NCBI GenBank assembly: GCA_002763265.1
Contig: PEZQ01000006.1
Location: forward strand, 94,141 to 158,140
Direction: 5' to 3'
Source: an archaeon CG10_big_fil_rev_8_21_14_0_10_43_11
GTDB taxonomy: Archaea; Nanobdellota; Nanobdellia; PEZQ01
Length of the DNA: 64,000 nucleotides
Within the stretch, counting starts at the first letter, position 1. Each line of letters begins with the position of its first letter. Shown here in pieces: positions 9,975 to 19,848 of the stretch. Under the pieces are notes generated by a model. It did not search any database and was not told where the DNA came from. It saw only the letters and a list, made by a program, of their open reading frames with translations. The translations under genes were made by a program, and so were the position numbers.

Positions 9975-10709
9975 CTAAAACAGTAACACCGCGCGCATGC
10001 CCGAATAGATGAATGTAAGGCTTGCAAGCGCAATTGCAAAAAGAACCCATTTCCTGAACGTTTTTTGGGGTATTTTGGTAACAACTTTTTTTCCAGTAAA
10101 TGACGCAAAAATAGCTATAACAAACAGGATTGGAATAAGATAGTACAAGTTTGGAGAAAGAAATCCACTACCAAAATAGATGGGAATGCGCATGAGGTCA
10201 CCAGAAAGTGAGATTGCGGCTGCAGTTGCGAGATACACGCTTTTTTTGAGTTTGAATGCGCTTAAAAACGCGCCGCGCAACGCGCCACCTGTTCCAATAA
10301 GTCCTGCAAAAAATCCAGACAGGCTTGCGCCAATCAGGCTATTTTGTTTTGTTGGTTTAAAAGAGCGCTGCCCATGCCATGCAAAAAACACGTAGGCAAG
10401 AAGAAAGATGCCCAGCACGAGTTTGAGCACGTCCTGAACAATCAAGTTCACCAGTAATGCACCAATAACAGTAGCAATCACACTTGGAACACCAAAGCGC
10501 AAAAGTAGGTTTCTGTCAAGGCCATGTCGAAAGAAGGTGAGACGTCCTAGGTTTCCTGATATGTGAAAGATTGCAACAAGCAGGAGTGCTGTTTTAAAGT
10601 CAAAAAAGAGCAAGGCAAGAGGCAGAAAAAGAGTTGACGAGCCAAAGCCGGCCATGGTCCCCGCCACTTCTGCAAAGAACGCAAAAACAAAAAACAGGAT
10701 ACTTACCAT
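9975..10709 (-). CDS. TSUP-family (TauE/SafE-like) membrane transporter
   Basis: 244 aa, ~8 TM helices with internally duplicated 4-TM halves and the Gly-rich GxGGG-like motifs of the TSUP family. Confidence 0.65.
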   Translation of the reverse strand: MVSILFFVFAFFAEVAGTMAGFGSSTLFLPLALLFFDFKTALLLVAIFHISGNLGRLTFFRHGLDRNLLLRFGVPSVIATVIGALLVNLIVQDVLKLVLGIFLLAYVFFAWHGQRSFKPTKQNSLIGASLSGFFAGLIGTGGALRGAFLSAFKLKKSVYLATAAAISLSGDLMRIPIYFGSGFLSPNLYYLIPILFVIAIFASFTGKKVVTKIPQKTFRKWVLFAIALASLTFIYSGMRAVLLF

Positions 10710-10812
10710 ATCCTAAGTAAAGAGCAAGCCTGTTTGTTAAACATTGTGCACAAGAAGAAGCGCGACTACGAGATGCCGGTGTTTTCCTAACATACAGCCA
10801 CACAAAAGGAGG

Positions 10813-13350
10813 TTATTTGAGCGCGCCTTTTGCTTCAAGGTCTGCTAAGAATCGTTCAACCGTGCGATGTGTTTTGATTTTTTGCGTTCGAAGCACGTCT
10901 GCCGCGTCTTCAAGTGCTTCTTCTACAGCAAGCATTTGTTCATACGTTTTTGGCTTTGCCTCAACATATTTTCCACGCGTGTATTTGCCAGATTTTCCTT
11001 TTCGAACTCGCTTCCACACAAGAAAGAGCTCATCAGAGAGAGCGCTCATCTCTTTGTATGAGCATCCTAACAGCTTTGACACGTGGTTTGCTTCGTCAGT
11101 GAGTTCTTGGGTGTATTTTTTAGCGGCTTCTCCTGCTTTAAGCTCCAATCTGACAAGTCCGTCCTGGATTTTTGTGCTTTTGGTGAGTTTGATGAGTTCT
11201 GATTCTTTAGTATTATCAAGGTGTGTGCCACCACACGCTTCTATGTCAAAATCAGCTATTTTAATGACGCGCAATTCGCTTCCCGGTATTGCACCCCCCT
11301 GATAAAGGATAAACCCATATTTCTTTTCTGCCTCGCTTTTTTGGAGCACAAACTTTTCAACACGAATTGCTTTTTTGATGATTTCATTTGCTTTTTTCTC
11401 GATTGCACGCATTTGCTCATTTGAGAGCGCTTCATAGTGCGAGATGTCGAGTCGTGCTTTTTGGGGTGTTTTTTCACTGCCGCCTTGCCACACATGGGCG
11501 CCTAACACGCTTCGTGCTGCCCCGTTGATGATGTGCACGCTTGTGTGGTGTTTTGCAAGTTTGATTCTTCGCTCCTTGTCAATTTTTCCTTTAACGGCGT
11601 CGCCAACTTTGAATTTGTTTGCGTGTTCCACTTTGTGCAGTATAACTCCGTCTTGGACAATGGTGTCAATAACGTGTTCATCATTCAAATAGCCAATATC
11701 ATGGAGTTGTCCGCCGCTTGTTGGGTAGAATATGGTTTTGTCAAGTATCACGTAATCATCAATGATTTTGACTACTTTTCCGGTGAATGAATCTTTTTTG
11801 TAGTCAGCATAATAGAGTCTCTCAGTTTTTTTGATATCTGAAACATTGAGCAAGTAGCGTTCTTCTTTTTCATCACTTTTTCGGTGGCGCTCTGCAATTA
11901 ATGAGTAAAAGTCATCAGGAACGTTTACATCAACGCCTGCGTCTTTGAGTGATTGTGGCGTGACGCCGTGGCTGTCGTAGAGTTCAATCATCTTTTCAGT
12001 CTTGATTTTTCCTTTGATACTTTTAATGATGCGCGCAATGTTTTCCAATGTCTTTTCATATTTTTCTGCTTCAACAGCCAAGACTTTCTGCACGTCATCT
12101 AAGTGGTCTTGAAGCTCAGGGTATTGTGACTTCAATGCATCAGCATGCCATTTAACAATTTGTCCAAAATCAAGATTCCATTTGTACTTGCGATTAAAGT
12201 CATATGCTCGTCGATAAATTGCGCGTAGGTTGTATCCGCCCCCACTGTTTGAAGGCAGCGCGCCATCGGATAATGCAAAGAGTAAGCTTCGCGTGTGGTC
12301 TGCAATTGAATAGAGTGCTTGGAGTGGAAGAATTGCATTTTTGAGCGCATCTACGTTCATACTCACTTCTTCTGCAATGCCAGCCCATTCTTTGTTAATA
12401 TCATCAGTCTCATCAAGATTGAGTCTGCCCGCAAGGGGGTAGAATTTTTTCATGATGTTTGCATCCATTTTGACGCCAGTTTCTCGTTTGAGTTTTTCAA
12501 GCACGCTCGCATACGTTGATTCGTAACTGATTGGTGCATTGTTTGAAAACCATGCGACGCGTTCTTGGCCAAGACCCATGTCTACAACTTTGAGTTTCAA
12601 GTCTTCAAATTCTGGGTTGCCGCCAAGATAGTGGTATTGCATATAAACCTGGTTGCAGAGTTCAATGCCACCTGCAAAGAGTTCAACGCTTGGTCCAAAG
12701 TTTTGGCTTCCTGCCCACACGTCCTCATGATAGGTTAATTCTTTTGGGTCAAGGCCAAGCACGTCAAAGAAGTATGAGGATAAGTGTTTCATGTACGCGT
12801 TTGTGTCATAGTCTTGTGGTTTTTCAAATCGGTGTTGGCCAATCATAACAAAACCAGTATAGTGACTGCCGGTAATGCCAACATTTCCAATATCATTAAA
12901 TCTCAAACAGAATTGCGGCACGGTTAACGGGTTTGCGGGTGGTTTTACTACACCATTAACCACGTAGGGTATGAAGTCGTCAATGCTTGCTTCCACAAAG
13001 TGCAAGTCGCTTCGCCATCGTGCGACCACGGGGTAGCGTTTGATTGGTGTGTAGTTGCCGACTTTTTTGAAGTGTTTTGAGAATGTTTTCCAAATGTCAA
13101 GATATGAGAAGTGGTTTTTTGCGAGTGGCTTTTCAAGAAAGCTAAATTTGCCTACGCAAGACACGTCACCGCAGACTTTTCGGTTTTTGTCTTGGTTCCA
13201 GAAGTACCTAGCGCACTTACTGCATTGTCCGCGCACAAAGCCCATTGATTTCAAGTATTTTGTAGGGTAGTACCGGTCTGGGTCTTGAGGGAATATTTTT
13301 GTGTACTTCTTTTTAATTTCCTTGTCAGTCAATACAGGCATAATTGACAT
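10813..13350 (-). CDS. alaS: alanine--tRNA ligase, archaeal type
   Basis: 845 aa; class II aaRS catalytic core; editing-domain zinc motifs HHTSVH...H and CGGTHL; C-terminal DHHA1-like region. Confidence 0.9.
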   Translation of the reverse strand: MSIMPVLTDKEIKKKYTKIFPQDPDRYYPTKYLKSMGFVRGQCSKCARYFWNQDKNRKVCGDVSCVGKFSFLEKPLAKNHFSYLDIWKTFSKHFKKVGNYTPIKRYPVVARWRSDLHFVEASIDDFIPYVVNGVVKPPANPLTVPQFCLRFNDIGNVGITGSHYTGFVMIGQHRFEKPQDYDTNAYMKHLSSYFFDVLGLDPKELTYHEDVWAGSQNFGPSVELFAGGIELCNQVYMQYHYLGGNPEFEDLKLKVVDMGLGQERVAWFSNNAPISYESTYASVLEKLKRETGVKMDANIMKKFYPLAGRLNLDETDDINKEWAGIAEEVSMNVDALKNAILPLQALYSIADHTRSLLFALSDGALPSNSGGGYNLRAIYRRAYDFNRKYKWNLDFGQIVKWHADALKSQYPELQDHLDDVQKVLAVEAEKYEKTLENIARIIKSIKGKIKTEKMIELYDSHGVTPQSLKDAGVDVNVPDDFYSLIAERHRKSDEKEERYLLNVSDIKKTERLYYADYKKDSFTGKVVKIIDDYVILDKTIFYPTSGGQLHDIGYLNDEHVIDTIVQDGVILHKVEHANKFKVGDAVKGKIDKERRIKLAKHHTSVHIINGAARSVLGAHVWQGGSEKTPQKARLDISHYEALSNEQMRAIEKKANEIIKKAIRVEKFVLQKSEAEKKYGFILYQGGAIPGSELRVIKIADFDIEACGGTHLDNTKESELIKLTKSTKIQDGLVRLELKAGEAAKKYTQELTDEANHVSKLLGCSYKEMSALSDELFLVWKRVRKGKSGKYTRGKYVEAKPKTYEQMLAVEEALEDAADVLRTQKIKTHRTVERFLADLEAKGALK

Positions 13351-13395
13351 TTAATGAGAATTAATTTATAAAGATTAAGGGGGAGTTAGCACAAG

Positions 13396-13731
13396 TTAAT
13401 ATTTGAATTTTCGTTCGTACTTATCATGATTTATCCACTTGAGCACAATACTCATAATTGTTATTTCATCCGTTTCGATGGTATATATCAATCTCCATGC
13501 ATTTGGAAGGTCGTATTTCCATAAGTTGGTAATAGCATATTTTGTTATGTATTCTTTTGGCCATTGGCTCTTTTTTATTCTCGTACCACAGGTCGGATCT
13601 TTCTTTAACTCGTCTGTAGCGTTGTCAATAGCGTCATATAATCTTGCGTCTTCAAATACGCCTTGTCTAAGAGACTCAAACTCTTTTCTGAGCTTTTGAG
13701 TAACAAAACCAACAGTAATATTCTTATTCAT
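13396..13731 (-). CDS. RelE/ParE-superfamily toxin-like protein
   Basis: 111 aa; ...NLWKYDLPNAWRLIYTI...IVLKWINHDKYERKF resembles the RelE/ParE 'plasmid stabilisation' toxin core; ATGA-coupled to an upstream 88-aa ORF. Confidence 0.5.
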   Translation of the reverse strand: MNKNITVGFVTQKLRKEFESLRQGVFEDARLYDAIDNATDELKKDPTCGTRIKKSQWPKEYITKYAITNLWKYDLPNAWRLIYTIETDEITIMSIVLKWINHDKYERKFKY

Positions 13732-13994
13732 TTAAAAATCAATTCTTCTCTTATGAGTTTCTGGATTCTTTGAGGGTTGTATGTCCAGATAACACATCCA
13801 TCTTTATCAACAATGATTTTTCCAGATTTCTCTAAATAGTCCAGTATTACTTGAAATGTTTGATACATCATTTTTTTGGGAAGTTTCTTCCATAATTGAT
13901 ATTTTCCACATTCTTGGCTATGTCTTTGCACAGTTCGCTCTACCATAAGTACTGAGTCTAATGTTGGACTATGCGCAACTGTTGATACAGACAT
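13728..13994 (-). CDS. small protein, candidate antitoxin/partner of the RelE-like gene
   Basis: 88 aa, 4-nt overlap with the toxin-like gene; no recognisable RHH/Phd motif, so assignment is positional only. Confidence 0.3.
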   Translation of the reverse strand: MSVSTVAHSPTLDSVLMVERTVQRHSQECGKYQLWKKLPKKMMYQTFQVILDYLEKSGKIIVDKDGCVIWTYNPQRIQKLIREELIFK

Positions 13995-14483
13995 ATTATA
14001 TATCTATATATAATAACAATATTTATATATTTCTGTATAATAATACCCTAATTACTGCACCGTCTACAGTACCCTCTTGAGTTTTAGTTGAATAAAAACC
14101 AAGACGCAACAACACCCGCTCCTAACAGCACTAACCACGGTGGTGAATCTTTAATTAAATGACCAACTGTATCTCTCACAGCAGAAACTTGATTTCTATG
14201 AATCGTACAATAATCCTTGAAAACGTGCAATATCACCATCCTCACTACTTGGCTCTTCCTCTTCAACAAATTCTATTGCTTCAAGATTCTTAAGTTTTGA
14301 AATAAACCAACCTGTTGAGATACCTCTGCGTTTGCGGACTTGAACCTGATAATGTGCGGAAAGTACGACTCGCTTTGTATTCATATAATCATTCACATAA
14401 GTAGTGAGCTTTTTGATTACTGTTTCATATCACACATAAGAACCGCGCAGAGGGTATTTATTCTCATTTCCTAAAATTGACCA

Positions 14484-15146
14484 TTATTCATTTTCATTCC
14501 AACTCCAATATTCTTCTTTTCCAATTATTACATGGTCGAGGAGTGGAATGTTCAATGTTTTACCCGCTTCTTGCAATTGTTTTGTAACAACCACGTCCTC
14601 ATGTGAAGGAGCAGGATCGCCAGAAGGATGATTGTGCGCAACAATAATACTGTTTGCACTTTCTTTTACTGCAAGCTTAAAAACTTCGCGCGGGTGCACA
14701 AGAACACTATTCAAAATACCCACACTCACTGCAGAGTCCTTTATTAAACGATTTTTAGAGTCAAGAAGTAAGACAAAAAAGTGCTCTTTATCTAAATCCC
14801 GCACTTTAGGCGCCAAATAATTAAACACGTCGTTACCTCCCAAAAAACGAACACCCCGCATCTTAGAACTAGTAAAGCGCTTTGTAAATTCAACAAGTGC
14901 CAAAATTTGACTTGCTTTTGCAGGCCCAACACCTTTAATCGTCTTCAATTCACTAAGTGAACAAGAAGCAAAACAATCAAAACCAAACTCGGACAACAAA
15001 CTGTTTGATAAATCAATTACATTCATATCCCTCGTACCTTGACCAAGAATAAGCGCTAACAGTTCAGCAGTACTCAATGAAGAAACGCCATAAGAAAATA
15101 ATCGTTCTCGCGGGCGCTCTGATTTTGGGATATCTGCAATGCGCAT
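14484..15146 (-). CDS. radC: RadC-like JAB/MPN-domain protein (UPF0758)
   Basis: N-terminal ERPRERL and helix-hairpin-helix region, C-terminal JAMM motif HNHPSGDPAPSHED. Confidence 0.8.
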   Translation of the reverse strand: MRIADIPKSERPRERLFSYGVSSLSTAELLALILGQGTRDMNVIDLSNSLLSEFGFDCFASCSLSELKTIKGVGPAKASQILALVEFTKRFTSSKMRGVRFLGGNDVFNYLAPKVRDLDKEHFFVLLLDSKNRLIKDSAVSVGILNSVLVHPREVFKLAVKESANSIIVAHNHPSGDPAPSHEDVVVTKQLQEAGKTLNIPLLDHVIIGKEEYWSWNENE

Positions 15147-15296
15147 AAAAGAAAAGATATACGAATTCAAAATTTAAGGATATATAACACGTGACCGGTA
15201 AAAAAAATATCAATGCAATCATCCACGGTTCTTGCGTTATCACCAGTCAGGGTCTTTTACAAAATCAAATGTGCTTGGCAATGCTTTAAAAGACCG

Positions 15297-15965
15297 TCAC
15301 CTGAGCGTAGTGAATTCCCAATACAGCATGTACAAGCCGGCAAGTATGAGTATCAAAGCGCCTGCTTTTTTGATGTAAGGCATTGATTTTTTTAGTTTAG
15401 ATAAAAGAAGTGTTTGGCTTGTCGCGGCAAGTACGCTCACGCCAACCATTAATATAGTCATGGCAAAAGTATACGCAAACAAGGGAAGAGTAGCGCCAAG
15501 CACGGTTTTTGATGCGAATGCTAAGACCATAACAGTGAGAAAAAGCGGGAAAACGCAGCCAAGACTCGCAACCCCATATGCGAACCCGAACAGCACACTC
15601 TGAATTGAGCCGTTCTTATCTGGTTTGATACGAATGTTTGGAAGAGAAAAAAAGAATTCTTTTCCAAAAAGTTGCAATGCACCAATTGTGATGAGCGCAA
15701 GCGCGGTTGCGACCACGACAAAAGGAAGAATTGACTTGATTGCCTGACCAAAAAGCAAAATGAGAAGACCTATGACAAAAAAAAGAGCGCTAAAACCAAG
15801 TGACGCAAGACCGCCAAACCAAAGACCTCGCACGACTCGTGAATGTTTTGACTCTGATGCGAGCTGGTGAGCAACGTAGCCGGGCAACAGTACAAACGCG
15901 CAAGGCGCAAAAAAAGCGGCAAGCCCGGCAGAAAAAGCAAAGGAAACAAGGGGAATGTCAATCAT
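15297..15965 (-). CDS. ccdA: cytochrome c-type biogenesis / thiol-disulfide transporter CcdA (DsbD beta-domain family)
   Basis: 222 aa, 6 TM helices, conserved Cys in TM1 (FFAPCAF) and a second Cys in TM4 region. Confidence 0.7.
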   Translation of the reverse strand: MIDIPLVSFAFSAGLAAFFAPCAFVLLPGYVAHQLASESKHSRVVRGLWFGGLASLGFSALFFVIGLLILLFGQAIKSILPFVVVATALALITIGALQLFGKEFFFSLPNIRIKPDKNGSIQSVLFGFAYGVASLGCVFPLFLTVMVLAFASKTVLGATLPLFAYTFAMTILMVGVSVLAATSQTLLLSKLKKSMPYIKKAGALILILAGLYMLYWEFTTLR

Positions 15966-16615
15966 GGGCTTTGTGCGGCAAAGGCAAAAATAGTGTCCCA
16001 GTTTTCTTCACTAAACACGCCGCTTCCAATGTATTCAATGATGCCTTGCGGGTTGATAATAATTTTTGTTGTCGTGCTCTGGATTTGATAGTCTAAGAGA
16101 ATGTCACGATTGCCTTGCGCAAACTCAAAAGCAGACGCGCCTTTTTCTTCTTGATAGGTTTTGATTTGCTGCGCTGATTCAGTGATGTCCACATCAATGC
16201 CAATAAGATTCACGCCAGCAGGCTCGTTTTTCTTGTACGAAGCTTGGATGAGCGGAATCTCTTTTGAACAGAAAGGACACCACGTGGCAAATCCATACAG
16301 CACTGACCATTCTCCGCGCGCTTTTGCATCTGAGAGTGAGAATGTCTCTCCATTAATGAGTTGCACGCTAAACTCAGGCGCAAGACCGCCAACATACACG
16401 CCACTCTGCGTGCTTGATGCAAGAGCATCATGCGAACCTTCAACAGGCGCGTTGTACTCTCCAATAACAACGGTCTTTCCGGTAAACCCGCCTGAAACAA
16501 AGGCAAGCGCAGGAAGGAACAAAACAAGCGCAAGAAAGAGAACAAGAAACCACATTTTCATAACAATTGTTATCATATGTGTATTAAAAAGGCGTCGAAA
16601 GTGGTTTATTTTCAA
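15962..16615 (-). CDS. secreted thioredoxin-fold thiol-disulfide oxidoreductase (TlpA/ResA-like)
   Basis: signal/anchor helix then redoxin domain with WCPFC active site; ATGA-coupled to ccdA. Confidence 0.7.
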   Translation of the reverse strand: MKINHFRRLFNTHMITIVMKMWFLVLFLALVLFLPALAFVSGGFTGKTVVIGEYNAPVEGSHDALASSTQSGVYVGGLAPEFSVQLINGETFSLSDAKARGEWSVLYGFATWCPFCSKEIPLIQASYKKNEPAGVNLIGIDVDITESAQQIKTYQEEKGASAFEFAQGNRDILLDYQIQSTTTKIIINPQGIIEYIGSGVFSEENWDTIFAFAAQSP

Positions 16616-17065
16616 CGGGGGTTTTGCACACCCAAAGAATGTTAAACAGAAATAAAAGTATAGATTTCAAATTTAGCATTTGTGGTTACACGCGCAAAAG
16701 AGAACGGTTTTGACCTGTTTTGCGTGCACAATACTGCAAAAGCAGGAGGGTTTTACCAGCGCGTGTTTGAAGCGCTCAAACAGGAAAAGCGGCTACGTGA
16801 TGTGCGTATTGAGCAGGAGATACCTACAAATTAGAAAAACATCATATTTTCACTAAAGATCAACGTGAAAAATGGATTATTTGAGACTAGAGAACAAAAA
16901 GCCACAGCAAATAGTTTACTAAATAGAGCATTCTTAACAAAACGAGCAAATTTAACTGCAACTAACAATAAATCAGAAAAATATCTCTTAATATAGAAAA
17001 AAATATGGTGATGCATTAGACTAGCAATTTATACCCTCAAAAAAAGAGATACTAGCCGTTGATGG

Positions 17066-17869
17066 TTATGAATTAAGCAGTTGCAAAAGATTGTGTTCTG
17101 CTTCTTTTGAGTGGTCAAGTTCAATAGCTCGTTTAAAACAAGATTTTGCTTTCTTACGATTACCACTTTGAATATAACATGTTCCTAGATTATTAAACGC
17201 CTGAGAGAAATTTGAGTGTAATTTAATTGCAGAAGTAAAATACTGTGCAGCTTCATCAATTGCATCCAATTTTTTGCTCACGCAACCAAGATTATAGTAT
17301 ACTTCCGGCACGCGTTGAGAGTAGATTAATGCTTTTTTCAAAATAGTATTAGCACTCTCAAAATCTTCTTGCATAATAGATAATTCAGATTTTCTGTTAA
17401 GATAAATTGCGATAACATCATTATCACGTAAATCTGAAAGATATATCTCATTTTCAATTGATTTGACGGGAATATTTCTTGTAGATATATAAAAATCAAG
17501 ATTTGCAAGTTTTCCATCTGTAGATTCAATATAATAATTATCCGCCTTATCAGTTGCATGCACAAGGGCATGGAACGGGGCTGCAATGATACTACTCTCT
17601 TTTTCAAGAGTATCAAAAATAAAATAGTAGAGAAGAGAAAAATCAACGCAATGACCTAAACGAGTATCAATAAATGAAAAGAAGTTATGACTCTTTTTTG
17701 AATATGCGAACTTGTAGTCTTGAAAAACAATTTTTTGCAGCTGCTTACTTATTTCAGGTAAACTATTATCCCCGATATCATTAGTTATACTTTGAAGAGT
17801 AGGCGTAACTGTATCAACTCTATTTTCTATTCGAAGAAGATGATTTAATAGGCTATTCATTTTTTGCAA
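17066..17869 (-). CDS. TPR-repeat protein
   Basis: C-terminal three TPR units (YYNLGCVSKKL.., AFNNLGTCYIQSG.., KSCFKRAIELD). Confidence 0.6.
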   Translation of the reverse strand: MQKMNSLLNHLLRIENRVDTVTPTLQSITNDIGDNSLPEISKQLQKIVFQDYKFAYSKKSHNFFSFIDTRLGHCVDFSLLYYFIFDTLEKESSIIAAPFHALVHATDKADNYYIESTDGKLANLDFYISTRNIPVKSIENEIYLSDLRDNDVIAIYLNRKSELSIMQEDFESANTILKKALIYSQRVPEVYYNLGCVSKKLDAIDEAAQYFTSAIKLHSNFSQAFNNLGTCYIQSGNRKKAKSCFKRAIELDHSKEAEHNLLQLLNS

Positions 17870-18282
17870 CGTGATTTATTGTACTCATAATTAATAATAC
17901 AATTACCAAAATAATGGAGTCTATCTTCACAAGATGAACATTTTGAATCTAAAGAAACGCCATCGGACAGTTCATCCATAACTGGGTTTTGTATATTCCA
18001 TAACTCTTGAAGGGAAACAGTCTTTATGTTACCTAAACCTCTATCATTCATAAATGCACAAGGTAAAACCTCTCCAGCATAGGTTATATGAGCAGACAAC
18101 TTTCCTGCCACGCAGGTCACATGATCTTCAAGAATGTAGGGGTTACTAAATGCGCTTGTCGCCTTCATATCAGGGAAGGTATTGATTTCTTGTACAATTG
18201 CATCTAATCGTTTAGCGTCATCAATAGTTAATGCAAACTCTTCATCCACTGTCAAAATTTTAGAGAATCGCGGACTACTCAC
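17857..18282 (-). CDS. SPASM-like C-terminal fragment of a radical-SAM-type enzyme
   Basis: 141 aa containing C..C.....C cluster (CSSCEDRLHYFGNC) typical of SPASM/twitch auxiliary cluster domains; ATGA overlap with the upstream fragment. Confidence 0.4.
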   Translation of the reverse strand: MSSPRFSKILTVDEEFALTIDDAKRLDAIVQEINTFPDMKATSAFSNPYILEDHVTCVAGKLSAHITYAGEVLPCAFMNDRGLGNIKTVSLQELWNIQNPVMDELSDGVSLDSKCSSCEDRLHYFGNCIINYEYNKSRCKK

Positions 18283-18800
18283 TCCAACATTAACAAGTTG
18301 TTGTAAGAATTTGGCATCAAATCAAGATTTGAATGCGAAACAACACTATTAGTGCTAAAATGCACCCCCTTTTCTCGGCACGCATTTATTGCATTAAACG
18401 CTCGTTTTGTGGCACCTTCTGAACGTTTGTAGGAATCATTAAAGTCTTCAAGGCCATCAATGGAAATTTGAATATGGTCTACCCCAGCACCAATAAATTT
18501 ATCAATGTGTTCATCCAAACGATAACCAGTAGTTATCAGTACTATTTTATTAATTCCCACGGAACGTGCGTGTTTCATAAGATTGAGTGTTCGATTAAGA
18601 TTGTGTTTTGATGCAGTAACTTCACCACCACTTAATGAAAGATTTTGACAGCCCATGTGAGCTGCTTCATCTAGAATTTGCAATAATCTGCTTTCTTCTA
18701 CTTCAGCATCTTTCACTTGATCTAGATATAAAGCGTAACATCCCTTACCTGAGGAGGGGCAAAATTTTACGCTTGCTAATGTTAAACTGCCTATGTTCAA
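18279..18800 (-). CDS. radical-SAM-like TIM-barrel fragment lacking canonical CX3CX2C
   Basis: GGE motif (SLSGGEVT), ribose motif region and GxIxGxxE-like strands. The N-terminal Cys motif is FCPSSGKGCY (only two Cys). The frame stays open upstream to ~19020 without an ATG (the track uses a TTG start). Confidence 0.4.
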   Translation of the reverse strand: MNIGSLTLASVKFCPSSGKGCYALYLDQVKDAEVEESRLLQILDEAAHMGCQNLSLSGGEVTASKHNLNRTLNLMKHARSVGINKIVLITTGYRLDEHIDKFIGAGVDHIQISIDGLEDFNDSYKRSEGATKRAFNAINACREKGVHFSTNSVVSHSNLDLMPNSYNNLLMLE

Positions 18801-19113
18801 TAAATCTCCGACAGAACCTTCATCATTGAATACTCGTTTAAGGACAGCTTCGTAATTAAAGGAATTATTTCGTTGGTATTGTGATTTTGTGAGAACTTGA
18901 GAGTCTAAAAGGAGCTGTAATCGTTTTTGGCTCTGTTTAATATCATACTTACTGCTACTTCTCCTACTGTTTGCGTCTTGTCTTCTTTTCCTAATAGCCC
19001 CAGCAATTCGATAAGCGTATTTTTATCAAGTATGTGAGCACCCCCTAATTGAGTTAGGACAGAATAGTTATGTTCATTTTTAATTATCGAGAATGGAGCA
19101 GCGTAGAAGTAGT

Positions 19114-19848
19114 TCATGCTTTCACCTTTTTAGCAACAATAATAATAAGAGGATCAAAATAGGTTGATACGCCTTCTTTAGTTCTATCCATAATTGCATC
19201 ACTTGATGAGCATTGAATCGTTTTGAATTCTTTAAACAATTTTCTTAGGTAAAACGGTGTTGAGAGATGAACATAAACAGGTAGGTCATCTTCATAAACG
19301 CGGTCAAAGAAGTCATGTTTTCTGTTTTTTAAGTAAGTAAAACCATGTTTAACATGCTCTTTCCAATACATAAACTTCTCTCCCGGTTGCAAGGCATTAT
19401 TAGAAACTGCAATAGCAATGCCATTCCGTTTCAATATGGAATATGCTTTTTTAACGGTTTTTGCTCTCTTAACATGAGAATGTATTTGGTCAAGCACACA
19501 ATTAAAGAAAAGAACTGCGTCAAATGTGTTCTCTTTAAAATTAAGTGAACTTGCATCCATTGTTAAAACAGAAGCGACAACTTTTTTTTCAGCGCAGAGT
19601 TTCTTTGTTTGTCGCACCATCTCAGGCGCAATATCAATAGCAGTAACATCAAAACCAGATTTGGCAAGTGACACCGTTTCACGCCCAGCACCGCAACCAA
19701 CAACTAGTAGCTTTTTAGTATTTGAAAGATAAGTATCAACAAGCTTTTTTTCAAAAGGTTTTAGGCCATTTTTTGATGCAGCATAATATTTTTTAGCAAA
19801 ATTCTTATCGGAGTAACGTTTCATTATCAAGGATTCAAAAGTTGACAT
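19114..19848 (-). CDS. class I SAM-dependent methyltransferase
   Basis: motif I LVVGCGAGRETVSLAKSG, motif II FDAVLFF, post-I acidic residue (AIDIAPEM). Confidence 0.7.
   Translation of the reverse strand: MSTFESLIMKRYSDKNFAKKYYAASKNGLKPFEKKLVDTYLSNTKKLLVVGCGAGRETVSLAKSGFDVTAIDIAPEMVRQTKKLCAEKKVVASVLTMDASSLNFKENTFDAVLFFNCVLDQIHSHVKRAKTVKKAYSILKRNGIAIAVSNNALQPGEKFMYWKEHVKHGFTYLKNRKHDFFDRVYEDDLPVYVHLSTPFYLRKLFKEFKTIQCSSSDAIMDRTKEGVSTYFDPLIIIVAKKVKA

Noticed and set aside
14084-14396. Two overlapping small minus-strand ORFs (61 and 66 aa) between the TA pair and radC
   Set aside because: They are mutually overlapping in different frames and have no motifs. At most one can be real and I cannot decide which.
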